Source: Chiloscyllium plagiosum (lineage: Eukaryota). From it: DNA of 64,000 bases. The stretch covers positions 69,898,719 to 69,962,718 of the forward strand of contig NC_057719.1 in assembly GCF_004010195.1 (NCBI RefSeq), given 5' to 3'. Of the stretch, positions 1 through 12,170 are shown in pieces; the first letter of the stretch is position 1; the number at the start of each line of letters is the position of its first letter. The notes beneath the pieces are model-generated. The model was not told the DNA's origin. It searched no databases and saw only the letters and a list, made by a program, of their open reading frames with translations. Made by a program: the position numbers and the translations under genes.

Positions 1-62
1 GTGTTAAGGGCTTGAATGGAGAGGCATTTTAAGGAAGTTCTCTTGTATGCACTTGATCATTT

Positions 63-199
63 ATTCCTGATGAAGGGCTTTTGCCTGAAACGTCGATTTC
101 GAAGCTCCTTGGATGCTGCCTGAACTGCTGTGCTCTTCCAGCACCACTAATCCAGAATCTGGTTTCCAGCATCTGCAGTCATTGTTTTTACCTCGTTGA
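63..199 (+). mobile_element. PLE terminal repeat (family A) with hammerhead core
   Basis: CTGATGA(67-73)-A-GGGC-TTTT-GCCT-GAAA(87-90)-CGTC followed by ggatgctgcctgaactgctgtgctcttccagcacc. The same sequence terminates the GIY-YIG-bearing fragment at 11640-11716. Confidence 0.8.
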
Positions 200-539
200 G
201 CAAGAAGTACCATATGTCAGGGGGCATGGTGAAGACATCGAGCAGAGTTTCAGTCTGGCCAGTTGCAAACACTCCCAGGTTATAAAATTTAAGTTTAGTT
301 ACAGAAGTTAGGGTAGTGAAAGACAGTGATTGAGGTATCTCTAGTAATTAAAAGTATGTTTTATTTGTCCAAGTACTGAATAAACTAATTGTGGATTTAC
401 AGAGTTCTAAGTGTCTCCGCTGTATCATCGTCTCTGTAAGTACTGTTGTCTCTCGGGGACAGACAACATTAATTTAGGGTGAATAAACCTCCTTTGTTCA
501 AGAAGTGAGAGAAACAGAAAGCAGGAAATGAATGGTCAG

Positions 540-2560
540 TTAACTTCACATCTGTCATATGGAAGGTGTTAAAAGCTACTATTAAACATTACAGCAGGTT
601 ACTTCAAAAAATACAAATTAATCAGAGTCATCATGGTTTTATGAAAGGAATACCATGCTTAAACAATTTATTGAGTTTTTTGAAAAAGTGATATGTGCTT
701 TAGAAAAGGGGGGATCAGTAGATGTATCACACTTAGATTTCCATAAGGCATTTGATCAGGTTTCACATCAAACATTACTGCACAAAATAGTTTGGGGGTA
801 ACATACTGACAGAAGATTGTTTAGATGACAGGAAGAATGGATTAGGCATAAATGTTTCTTTTTGGGTTTGCAAGATATAGCAAGTGGTGTGCCCCATGGA
901 TCAGTGTGTTATATTATATTTATACTAATTATATTACAATTAATATAAATGACTGAAATATTAAGTTGAAAGGTATGGATGATGACAAAAATATGGATAG
1001 GAAAGCAATGTGTGAAGAGGTTAAATTGAGATAGGTTAAGTGAATGAGGAAAAATCTGGAAAGTGGACGAAAATGTGGGAAAAAAAAATAATTGTCCATT
1101 TTGGTGAGAAGGATAAAAAAGAAATATATTATCTAAACGGTGAGAAATTGCAGATCTTTGAGGTGCAGGTGTAGATGGCATAAATTGCAAAAGGTTATGA
1201 TGCAGGTTCAGCATGTAATTAACAGAGCTAATAGAATCTTATTGTTCATTGCAAAGAGAATTAAACACAAAAGTTGGGAACTTAAGGTTCAGTTATAAAG
1301 GATATTGGTGAGATTCCCTCTGGAGTACTTTGTATAGTTTTTTCTCCTCGTACAAGAAATGATGTAAATGCATTGGAACCAGTTCAGCAAAAGTTTTCTA
1401 AACTAATAATTGGGTTGGGAAGATGGTCTTATGAGGAAAAGTTGGAACAACCTAGGCTTTTATCCACTGGAGTTTAAAACAGTAAAAGGTGTCTTGACTG
1501 AAACATGAGTCCTCAACGGGCTTGATGTGGAAAGGATGTTTCCTCTTGTGGGTAAACCTAGAACTAGAGGCCACTGCTTAAAAATAAAGGACAACTCATT
1601 GAAGACAGAGAGAAGGACGTTTTTTTCTCTCGAGGCGGATGGAATTTAATGTAGGAAAGTGTGAGATCTTATGCTTTCGGAAGAAGACAGCCAATACTTA
1701 AATGAGGAGAGGGACTCCAAAAAAAACTAGAGTGTTCTTGCACATGGAAGACAAAATGTTAGCATCCAATTGCAACAAGTAATAAAGAGGGCAAATGAAA
1801 TCTTGGCCTTCAGTGCTAGGGGTTTGAAGTTCAAAAGTAGGGAACACTTTTTATAATTATGCAGGAGATTTGTGAGTATTGCATACAGCTTTGATCTCCG
1901 TATTTACAAAAGGATGCATTGACATTGGAAGCAATTCAAAGAAAGATCCATGACTAATTCCAGGATGAAGGGATTGACTTATCAAAAACAGCTAAACACA
2001 TTAGGCCCTTATTCATTGCAGTTTAGAAGCATGAGAGGTGATTTATTGAAACAAATAAGATTCTGAGGGAGCATGGCAGGATAGATGTTGAGATACGTCC
2101 ACGAATGGAGAATCTTGAACTATGAGAATTACAAGTACTGACAGTATAAGGGGGCATACCTTTGCATCTCAGTTTTAAAAGTATTTCTTCTCTCAGAAGG
2201 TAGTGAATGTTTGGAATTCTCTACCTGAGAAATATGGAGGTTTGATCACAACTTATTTAAAAAGGAGTTGGATGTATTTTTGAAATATTGTGTAGCTGGG
2301 TAACCTATTCCTGCTCCTTTTTCTTATACTCTTATGTTCACAGATGGTCACGAGCCTTTAGAAATCTATTAGTCAAAAGGTGTAGGAGGCAGAGCCCTTG
2401 AATTTTTTAAGGTAAATGTGGATAGACAACTGATAAACAAGAGGGTGAGAGATTACTGGCACTAGGTTGAAATGTGGGGTAATCAGGGTAGCCTTGATAT
2501 TAATGGATGTTGGAACAGTCTTGTGAGGTTTGGTGGCTTATTCCTGTTCCTAATTCATAT
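540..2560 (+). mobile_element. Decayed CR1-type LINE fragments (nested)
   Basis: Degenerate RT motifs: catggttttatgaaagg (HGF.KG), ttagatttccataaggcatttgat (LDF.KAFD), agtggtgtgcccc (SGVP). Two 3' halves are present, with many stops. Confidence 0.8.
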
Positions 2561-2899
2561 GTTAAGCTTGCATTAAACTAGTCAATTAGGCCAAACCATA
2601 GTTTGACTAAACTTGGAGTAAGAGTACAACTTCCACCATTGCATTGTAAAGAGGATATTGAGAAGGCCCAAAGACATATAATAGAATTATACCCAAAAAA
2701 CAGACAGAAACATCAGAGAGGAGCAGGGAAGATGAGGACCCCATAGATCGTGTCACTGAGAGGAGTAAACGAGGCGAGAACCTGAGGCAGACAGTCAGAG
2801 ACAAAGCTGGATTCATTGGAATTGCTTCTTGCTGTGATACAGTTTGGTGAGTCTCCAATAAAGGGTTAAGGTCTCTTCTAATCTTACATTTATAATCTT

Positions 2900-3183
2900 T
2901 TAGATTTAGATTCCCTACAGTGTGGAAACAGGCCCTTCGGTCCAACCAGTCCACACCGACCCTCCGAAGAATGACTCACCTAGACCCATTTCCCTCTTAC
3001 TAATGCACCTAACAGTATGGGCAATTTACCTGACTTGCACATCTTTGGACTGTGTGAGGAACCCACGCAGACACGGAGAGAATGTGCAAACTCCACACAG
3101 ACAGTCACCTGAGGCTGGAATCAAACCTTGGACCCTGGTGCTCTGAGGCATCAGTGCTAACCACTGAGTCACAGTGCCACCCT
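2900..3183 (-). mobile_element. tRNA-derived SINE (HE1/V-SINE-like), near full length
   Basis: Minus strand has an A box (TGACTCAGTGG), B box (GGTTTGATTCC), a tgtgtggagtttgcacattctc core and an (ATCTAA)n tail. Same family as 39627 and 58385. Confidence 0.85.
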
Positions 3184-3659
3184 TGCAAATTAATGGGAAA
3201 GTTATACAAGGCAAATGTAAGTAAGTGAGTATTGTATTAAGAACCTTAATATATTAAGGACTGGGAGATTTAAAATAGGATGAGAGAGTGGCAGTGACTT
3301 TCAGATTTGGGAGACAGGAAGTATGATGTCACTGTGCAACAGCCTCAAGGAGTGCCTGAGTTGAAAAGCTGTACAAGAAGGGAGAATTTTGAAAATATTT
3401 AAGAGTATATTATAGGGAAAACAAAAGCTAATCAAATGAGACTGGGAGCCAGTTTGGGCTGAGTGATGGCTTTGATAAACAAGAACCAAGATGAATAATT
3501 CTACTGCTTATTCTTTAAAGTAAAAGATGCTATTTAGTGTGTTTTACAAGTATCTAAAGCATAAGGAATGAGGTAATCCCTGGTGTATATATATAGAATG
3601 CGCTTTAAATTAGACGGAGTAAACAGAAAGGAGGGTAATTTCAGGGTAAATCATGACAA

Positions 3660-4330
3660 TGCAGCTTGGCCTGTGGAATATTTTTCTCATATGATGTGAA
3701 AAAACAATATCTGTGGTGACCATGTGTGCAGGCACTGTATCAGCTGCTGTGACTGGAAATCCACCATTCAGGTATGGAGCAGCAATTGGAGCCACTGTGG
3801 TGTATCCACAATGCCCAGATCTACATGGATTGCATATAAGAGGTTGTCACACCAGAAGTAAAGATAGAAGGCAATGAATGCCCACCAGACAGAGTATATG
3901 GTGCTGGAGTCCTTTGGTGCCATCTCATTCTCTCGGACAGGATTTTTATTTTGGATACTGCTTGTGGGATATTCGAGGAAGGGAAGGTAGAATAGCCAGA
4001 GGTCATGGTCCAGGTCAGAACCAATATTATAAGTGAAATGGCATAGGAATATAGGGAGCTAGGAAATAAGGAAACAGAAAGCAGGACCTCAAAGGTAGTA
4101 ATCTCAGGTAACTCTCAGTGCCACATGCTGGCAAGATCAAGTATAGAAAAACTGACTGAAAGAGTACATGGCTAGAGGGATGTGTAGGAGAGAGGGATAA
4201 AGATTGTTCAGGGATTGGGACCAATTCTGGAGAAAGATTATGACTTACACAAACTAGATCTGTTGCTCCTCAGGAGGACCTCAAAGAGGAATTCACTAGT
4301 AAGTGGAGTTTAGTTTTAATTAAATTGGCA
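3660..4330 (+). mobile_element. Probable decayed CR1 ORF1 (esterase-like) remnant
   Basis: ccagaggtcatggtccaggtcagaaccaat and aggtagtaatctcagg...gtgccacatgct resemble CR1 ORF1 segments from memory; heavily degraded. Confidence 0.4.
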
Positions 4331-5407
4331 GAGGGAATAGGAAACTGAGGTGAGACAAAAGTGAGGGAAACAAAGATGGAAAAGAAAGATACAGAAATAG
4401 AAAGCAAAATGGAAGGCGAAGGAAACTTGGGTCAGTATGGGTAGTCCATCTGCTACACTGCCTGGTGAACCTTGGCAGCTTTTCTTTAAGCTTGTCAGGG
4501 AGCCCTCCTTATGGGGTACTCCATTGTCAGGATGGACCCCTCCTACTCCACTCCCAAGCAGCATCTGTAATTCCTGCAGCAACATAACCCCCCTCCATCA
4601 CCAACCACATTCCCGAGTATCACTACCTCATCAGGACCTATTGGACAGGCCTGGTGACCCTAGATTGTAATCACCTCATTACACAGGTATGTCCATCCTT
4701 TCTCGTGATCATGCTGTGACTTTCAATCTCGAGGATTAGTCAGCTGATCTTTGGATAGGCTTGCAAAGGGCTAGGAGTAGAGGATTAAAACAGGTGGGGG
4801 TCCCCCATGCATATCCCAGAATTACTCCCGTTGCAATGGTGTAAGCAGACCATTGTCTCAGCAGCTCACTGGTAATTTATTCTCGTGGAAAAGGTAGCAC
4901 ATGGGTCAGCTCTCCTAAACATGAGATCCCACAAGGGTTTTCTTTACTGCAGGGAATCCAGGTGAGGACTGTAATAGGGTTGTGTATAGGAAAAGGCTAA
5001 TGGCTATTGTCACAACGGTGTATGTTTCTTTCAAGAGACTATTTCTCATTCTTCTTTTCCTGATTTGATTTTATATTTGTTTAAAAAAACTGAGGTCCAC
5101 ACTGAAGCCCTCTACCTCTGGAAGGTTCTGAAACTAAAATTATCAATTTCACCTGACTCCCAAAAGAATGTGAGTTTAGAATCATTCAGTTTCAAAAATG
5201 TAATAATTTACTTGTAACAACCCAATTGAAAAATACATAGAAAAAAAAGCAAGGTGCTCATGGTTGTTAATGAATGTGTGCATATAAGTTTTGTTCATCT
5301 TTTTCTCACTTACATCTGGGAACAGAATCTTTGAACACTTTGTGACGGAGATAGATAAGGTCTTGATAACAAGGGAGTGGAAGGTCATCAGGGCTAGGTA
5401 GTAATAA

Positions 5408-5700
5408 CCAGATGGCCTCCTTCTTTAGAGATCGCAATTTCCCTTCCCATGTGGTTAAAGATGCCCTCCAACGCATCTCGTCCACACCCTGCCCTTCCAC
5501 CCTCAAACCCCACCCCTCCAACCGTAGCAATTACAGAAACCCCCTGGTGCTCACTTTCCACCCTACCAACCTTCTCATAAACCACATGATCTGACGACAT
5601 TTCCACCACCTCTAAACGGACCCCACCACCAGGGATATATTTCCCCCCTCACCCATTTCCACTTTCCACAAAGACTGTTCCCTCTGTGACTACCTGGTCT
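5408..5700 (+). mobile_element. PLE ORF internal fragment
   Basis: ORF 5412..5594 (MASFFRDRNFPSHVVKDALQRISS...PLVLTFHPT) is homologous to the PLE pieces at 10683-11000. Confidence 0.75.
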
Positions 5701-6175
5701 CACAGTTAACCAAGGCCAAGTATTTTCTTCTGAACAAAGTAAGATTGGAAGATGGTAGACCACTGGCCAGGATGTACAGAGTTGCATTTTGAATAAGGTA
5801 GTACTCTGGAAGGTGAGGAATGTAAAATAATTTCCCTGCGCTGGTCAGAGACTAAGATAAGAGCCTGGCCCCCGCGATGGGAACTGCATCTGCTTGGAAG
5901 AACAAAATATGATGGGAATTAAAGCAGAAAATGCTGAAAATGCTCAGCAGGTCTAAAAGGGCGCATGAAGAGAAACAGAATCAATGTTTCAAGTTGCATA
6001 AAAAAGCAGAAAGTGTCGAGTAAGTGAAGAGCAGGGAAGAAAAACACGATCTCTGATAGGGTGGGCAGCAGAAGAGATTATAGGTTTCATGGTGCAAAAC
6101 CCAAAATGGGAATCATAGTCATTGCCACCGAGTCATACAACACAGACACAGACCCTTCAGTGCAACCAGTCCATA

Positions 6176-6336
6176 GCATCCGAGGAGCAGGAAAATCGCT
6201 CTATTCCTGATGAAGGGCTTTTGCCCAAAATGTCGATTTTCCTGCTCCTCGGATGTGGCCTGACCTGCTGTGCTTTTCCAGCACCACTCTAATCTAGACT
6301 CTGGTTTCCAGCATCTGCAGTCATTGTTTTTACCTA
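6176..6336 (+). mobile_element. PLE family A terminal repeat with short inverted arm; HHR core broken
   Basis: agcatccgaggagcaggaaaatcg (6176-6198) is the reverse complement of 6234-6255. CTGATGA at 6207-6213, but GAAA has become AAAA. Confidence 0.8.
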
Positions 6337-8822
6337 GGTAGGAATAAGGTTACTATCAGACCAGCCATGATCTTGCTAAATGATGGAGCAGTTCGAGAAT
6401 TCAAACAGCCATTCCTGCTAATTTTCATTCCTGATTTTGTGATAAAATTAGAATTAATCACATTTCATTCTTGTGGTGAGGAACTGTATAAGGATGAGTG
6501 TCTTTTTAAGATGTAGTTCCCAACTTGCCTCTTCCTGGTTTGATTTATTTAAATGGAGACCACCACAGACAATGTGTATGTTTTGTTTTCAGAAAGGAGA
6601 CTGCCAGGCAGCAAACAGGCTGGCTATTGCAAATTGAACAATTTCACATTCCACAAAATGGGATGAAACCAGATAATCAAATCCCTGGGTAATATGGAAG
6701 ACCTCATTTCTTACTGATTCATGCCATCCTGGAATTTTTCAAATGTTTCTAAGATGAGACAACCAAATGCAATTACCTGTTCTAATGCAATAACTGCCAC
6801 AGACAGTGACTAGTAGAATAATTCTGGAATACATGAATGAGTAGAGTAACTCAAGCAAGAGTTCTCCAGCAGGGGGGAGAAGCTAGGTCAATGCTGTACT
6901 GATGACCTATTGAGAAGCTGTGTGCTTTCTGTCTCAGTGTGTGCCTGGTTCTGCACAAATTACTCACCCTGTGAGAAGACGGAACTGAAACTTTCTGAAA
7001 TGAGACCTTCTACTCTCTACTACTGCACCAAAGAGAACAGCTGAACTAAGCAGCCACAATGGGGAACTCGCTGCATTGAGACCAATCAAAGAGCAGCTAG
7101 CCACATAATCCCTTGTATTAACTTTCAAGATCTGTCTAATCCTTGTAAACCTATCTTCTGGTGTGTGTGTTATCATATGTACTGTGTCATATTATCTACT
7201 CAGGAAGCTTCAATACACAAGTCTTGTTCCTTGTTTAAACTAAGGACATCTGTCTGAGTAAATGTTTCATAGGCTCAAAATATGAATATGAAATAGTAGA
7301 ACACTTACAGAATTGACAAAGCACGTCCTCTCTAAATACAAATATAAAAGCCCGTTCCTATCAAACAAGGGGGTGATGCATAAATTAAGATTTGGCATGC
7401 AATAAGCAGCTGATTGGTTTATGAAACATTAACCAGTTATTCATTTCCGAGAGATTGACTTCTAATCTTGGGGGTCTGAAGGTTTAGGCTATTGAATCTC
7501 GGAAAGGGAGGCAACTGTTTTTGCTTTGTAGTACAAAGCATCTCAAGCCTCATGATTTGCTGTGAACTGTGACTTTTAGTTAATAAGTCAAAGACCATTA
7601 TAACTATGAGCCTGCCACCCTGTGTCGCCTGCAAACAAGTAAAAACACCTGGCGAAGATTGAAAAGCAGCATTCTGATCAGTAAAAGGATTATCTAAGCA
7701 AAGCCTGTGGATAGGAACCATGGAATTACATTCCCAGTCCTTCCCTCTGCCCATAACATCCATGTATTTTTGTGGTATCTCTGTATGTGTGAGTAGGTGT
7801 CATTATTTGTGGGAGAGAGTTTTAACTAGTAGAGTTCTATATTAACAGTTCATCGTTGTTTAGCTGTAGCTATGCATAATGATGTATTTGTAACAAATAG
7901 TAATTCTTGTTAAGTATAGAAACCTCCTGGTCCGTGCTTTCTGTCTGGATCTAAAAGAAAGAAATTCAAGGAATTTTGTATATTTTTGAAAAATATTTAA
8001 CTTTTGTAACACTCCAGAATTAGTGTGGTTTGATTTACAGTGTGTTCCCCCAATGAGCTATAACACTTTGTTATGCTACAGGCCACGAGATAGAAACAAC
8101 AGCTATGCCTGGAAACAAGTGAAAGATGCAGAAAATCAAAATCAGACCATAACCTTCATTATAAACCATACCACTTCCTGTAGACTTCACCGTCTTGAGG
8201 AACTATGCAAACTACCAACCATTTCTATAACTGTAGCTACCTGTACTCTCCATTGGTAACTAACCTTGTAGGAGTTTATAATAATTTTACATGTCATTTA
8301 TGTGGTGGAAGTGAGGCAGAGTATCAAGGTGGGTTGTCACCTGCTTGTGAACACATTCTCAGGTTTATGAAGTGAAAAGAGGATGTTACTTAAAGCATGG
8401 AACTCAATAATGGCACCATTACAGGCAAATCAGAATTACATACTGGTTTGTGATAATGTTTTGAATGTTTTGAGCACATGCTACTGTCCTTGCTCACTCA
8501 TAATGCTGGTAGTAATATCCTGACCAAAATAGCATTCAGTGTAACCTACAAAAGGATGTGCACATGCCATGACACAAAGACCATCTTGCACGCAAAACCT
8601 CGCTCAGAGTATGGGAATATCAGGATTATAGGTCAAACTATGTAAACATTGTGCTTTTGCTTTTTCCATGAAATTACTAAGTTGTCCATTACAATCAATT
8701 AACAGATGTATGGCATGTTCAAATACAAATTGACCAGTCATGAGAGATGTTCAAGACATTGGAGAAATTTTTACAGAGCCACCTGGACCCCAAGTATGCA
8801 ACTTAACTGTGACAGTTGTTAT

Positions 8823-9034
8823 AATCAACTAGGTAAAAACAAGGATTGCAGATGCTGGAAACCAGAGTCTAGATTGGAATTGTGCTGCAAAAGCACAGCA
8901 GGTCAGGCAGCATCCGAGGAGCAGGAAAATCGACGTTTCGGGCAAAAGTCCTTCATCAGGAATAGAGCGATTTTCCTGCTCCTCGGATGCTGCCTGACCT
9001 GCTGTGCTTTTCCAGCACCACTCTAATCTAGACT
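8823..9034. mobile_element. Fold-back PLE family A mini-insertion with 16-bp TSD
   Basis: Inverted arms around a minus-strand core (CTGATGA at 8953-8959 ...GCCC-GAAA-CGTC). Direct repeat ctgtgacagttgttat at 8807-8822 and 9035-9050. Confidence 0.85.
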
Positions 9035-9569
9035 CTGTGACAGTTGTTATGACAACATTGACTAGGAAATGTTGACATAGAAATTAACTATGAGGAATAT
9101 TGATTAAAAGTTATGAAATTTGAAATTAAGGTTTGTAGGCAAGAAGTCTGTGGCCCAGCAAAACATTGTTACATATTCTAAAAATACACTAAATAAATCA
9201 GGAAAACACATGGATCAATGTGATTTACTGCTAATGCTTAAATGTGGCCCTCACCATACCTCTCAAATTGTGGCCAAAACAAAAAAAAAGTTTTTTCTTT
9301 TCTCTAAAAGCATATCTTGCTAATGTTACATCCTCACCCTGCTCACAGGGCCCTATTATTGTTACAGCAAAATAAGCCTAACAACCCGCAGCATACAATG
9401 TACTATTTAGAGCTTGTGTTGTTTACACTATCAGGTACAAAGATAACTCAGAGTGTTCGTGTGCAAGTTTTAGAATGTGGCAGGTTAAGCTGCTCCACCA
9501 TAACTACAGCACTGGCATCTACCAACAATTTGGAACATTTCCTAGATATATCTTTCATTCACAACTAAA

Positions 9570-12170
9570 GGTCAACAAGTCCCCATGTCGAGATGGACTT
9601 CTTGCTTGAGTCTTAAAAATGTAACAATGAGATACATTGGTTTTAAAATTGAGATTGTAAAATAGTGAATATAGTTCATTTATACAACAACAAAGAGGGA
9701 GATGGGAAGCAGGAAATTACAGGCCAGTTAGCTTAACATCTATCATGGGGAAAGTGATGGAATCTACCCAATAAGCTATAGAGGTTATTGTAAGACATTT
9801 TGGACATGGACATACTTTTGTAAAAGGAAAATCAAGTTTAACTGAATTATGTGTATTATTTTAGATAGTAATAAGCAGTGTGGACAAAGGGGAATCTGTA
9901 GAAATGTTCTACTTGGAATTCTAGAAGGCATTCAATAAGGTGCAACATCAAAGATTACCTCACAAAATAAGAGCTCATGGTATAGAGGGTAACACATCAG
10001 CATTGATAGAGGATTCTTTAGCTAACAGGAAGCAGTGAATAAATGTAAATGGATCAGATTTGATTTGGCAAGAAGTAATAAATGGACTGCTGCAGGGATC
10101 ACTCCCAAGGCCTCAACCATTTACAATTTATATCAATGACTTGGATGCAGGACTTGGTATATAGTTGCTAAATTTGCTGATGATCCAAAGATATGACAGC
10201 CAGTTAAAAAGAAGGCATAAAGAGCCTGCAAGGGTATATAGATAAGTTAAGCAGATCAACAAAAGTTTGGCAGATGGAGTAAAATATGAGAAAATATGGA
10301 CTTATCCAATTTGGCTGGAAGAATGAAAAAATCATATTATTTAAATGGAGAGAAATTGCAGAACACTACATACATAGAGGATCTTGGAGTCCTGGTATAT
10401 GAATCACAAAAGGTTAGTGGATACAAGAAGTTGTTCAGAATGGAAATGAAATTTATCATTGATTGCAAGTCCAATGGAAGATAAATATAGTGAACAGTAG
10501 AGTTTTGGTCTCTTTATTTAACAAAGGCACTGTTACATTAGAGGCAGTTCAGAGAAGGTCACTTGATTGACTCCTTGGTTGAAGGCGAAAGTGAGGACTG
10601 CAAATGCTGGAGATTAGAGTCGAGAGTGTGGTGCTGGAAAAGCACAGCAGGTCAGGCAGCATCCAAGGAGCAGGAAAATCAACCAAGGGTGTTCTGTCCT
10701 TGTAGCAGTTGAAGGGGTGCGTTTTGAGGGCGGAAGTGCGGGAAGTGGATGAGATACGCTGGAGGGCATCATCAACAATGTGCGAGGGGAAATTGTGGAC
10801 TTTGAAACCGCAACAAGGACAGAAACCCAATCCCCCACTCCGGTCCTCACCTTCCCACTGACCTCTGTATACATTGCATCATCCTCTGTCATTTCCGCCA
10901 CCTACAAACGCACCCCACCACCAGAGATATCTTTCCCTCCCCATCACTATCCACTTTCCGTAAAGACTGTTCCCTCCAAGACTACCTTGTCAGGTCCACG
11001 CCCCCCCAACAACCCACCCTCCCCTCCCAGAACCTTCCCCTGCCACCATAGAAACTGCAAGCCCTGTGCCCACACTTCCCCCCTCAACTCCGTCCAAGGT
11101 CCCAAAGGAGCCTTCCACATCCATCAAAGTTTCACCTGCACTTCCACACATGTCATTTTCTGTATCTGTTGCTCCCCATGTGGTCTCCTCTACATTGGGA
11201 GACTGGACGCTTACTCACAGAGCACTTCAGAGAATATCTCAGCGACACCCCACCATGCTGTGGCCGAACACTTCAACTCCCCCTCCCACTCTGCCGAGGA
11301 CATGCAGGCCCTGGGCCTCCTCCACCGCCACTCCCTCACCACCCAACGTCTAGAGGAAGAACGCCTCATCATCCACCTTGGGACCCTCCAATCCCATGGC
11401 ATCAATGCGAATTTCACCAGTTTCCTCATTTCCCCTTATCCCAGTTCCAACCTTCCAGCTCGGCACTGCCCTCATGACCTGTTCCACCTGTCTATCTTCT
11501 TTCCACCTATCCACTCCACCCTCCCCTCCGACCTATCACCTTTACCCCCACCACCTTCCATCTATTGCACTCTCAGCTACCTTCCCTCCAGCTCCATCTC
11601 TCTTCCATTTATCTCTCCACCCCGATACTCCCAGCCTCATTCCTGAGGAAGGGCTTTTGCTCAAAACATTGATTTTCCTGCTCCTCGGATGCTGCCTGAC
11701 CTGCTGTGCTTGTACAGCACCACACTCTCAACTCTTCGGTTGAAAGGATGATTTCATGAAGAAAGTTTTGATCAGTCTGCATCCAATGGAATTTCAAATA
11801 TTGAATAATGATCTAATTGATTCTTATCAAACCCGATAAGGTCCTGAGGAAACTTGAAAAAGCAAATGCAAAAAGAATGTTCCCCCTGTAGGAGAGATTA
11901 GAACTGGGGAACACCAGGGATTCTCATTTAAAATGAAGACTAATGTTCTTTTTCTCTCAGCAGATTGTGAGACTGTAGAGATCTCTTCTCCAGGGAGTGG
12001 AAGGCCAGGGGTTATTAAACATTTTTAAGGCAGAGGTAAATGAAACCTTGATTTACAGGAGAGTCACGGGGTATAAAAGGGAAGGAGCAAAGTGGAGCTG
12101 AGGCCACAATCTGATTTGTCATATGAAATGGTAGAACTGGCCCACTCCTCCACCTAGTTCATATCATTGT
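9570..12170 (+). mobile_element. Decayed CR1-type LINE interrupted by a PLE
   Basis: ggaaattacaggccagttagcttaacatc (GNYRPVSLTS), ttctagaaggcattcaataagg and aaatttgctgatgat (KFADD). The LINE resumes after 11717. Confidence 0.8.
10582..11716 (+). mobile_element. 5'-truncated, partly inverted PLE with GIY-YIG endonuclease remnant
   Basis: ORF 10780..11646 and a shifted frame give a CHHRNCKPC Cys linker, FTCTSTHVIFCICCSPCGLLYIG/ETGR, VAEHFNSPSHS and RLEEERLIIHLGTLQSHGIN. It ends in a terminal repeat with a degenerate core (CTGAGGA at 11643-11649). An inverted terminal repeat lies at 10582-10680. Confidence 0.88.

Noticed and set aside
2900..3183. tRNA genes (also 39627, 31095, 61640)
   Set aside because: A/B boxes are followed by SINE cores or are degenerate; no cloverleaf or acceptor stem.
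6470..8070. Possible solo LTRs
   Set aside because: LTR-like composition and a ...TAACA end, but no paired LTR, PBS/PPT or TSD identified.
10780..11646. 288-aa ORF as a host gene or intact endonuclease
   Set aside because: It is a frameshifted, 5'-truncated PLE remnant that runs into its 3' non-coding region.
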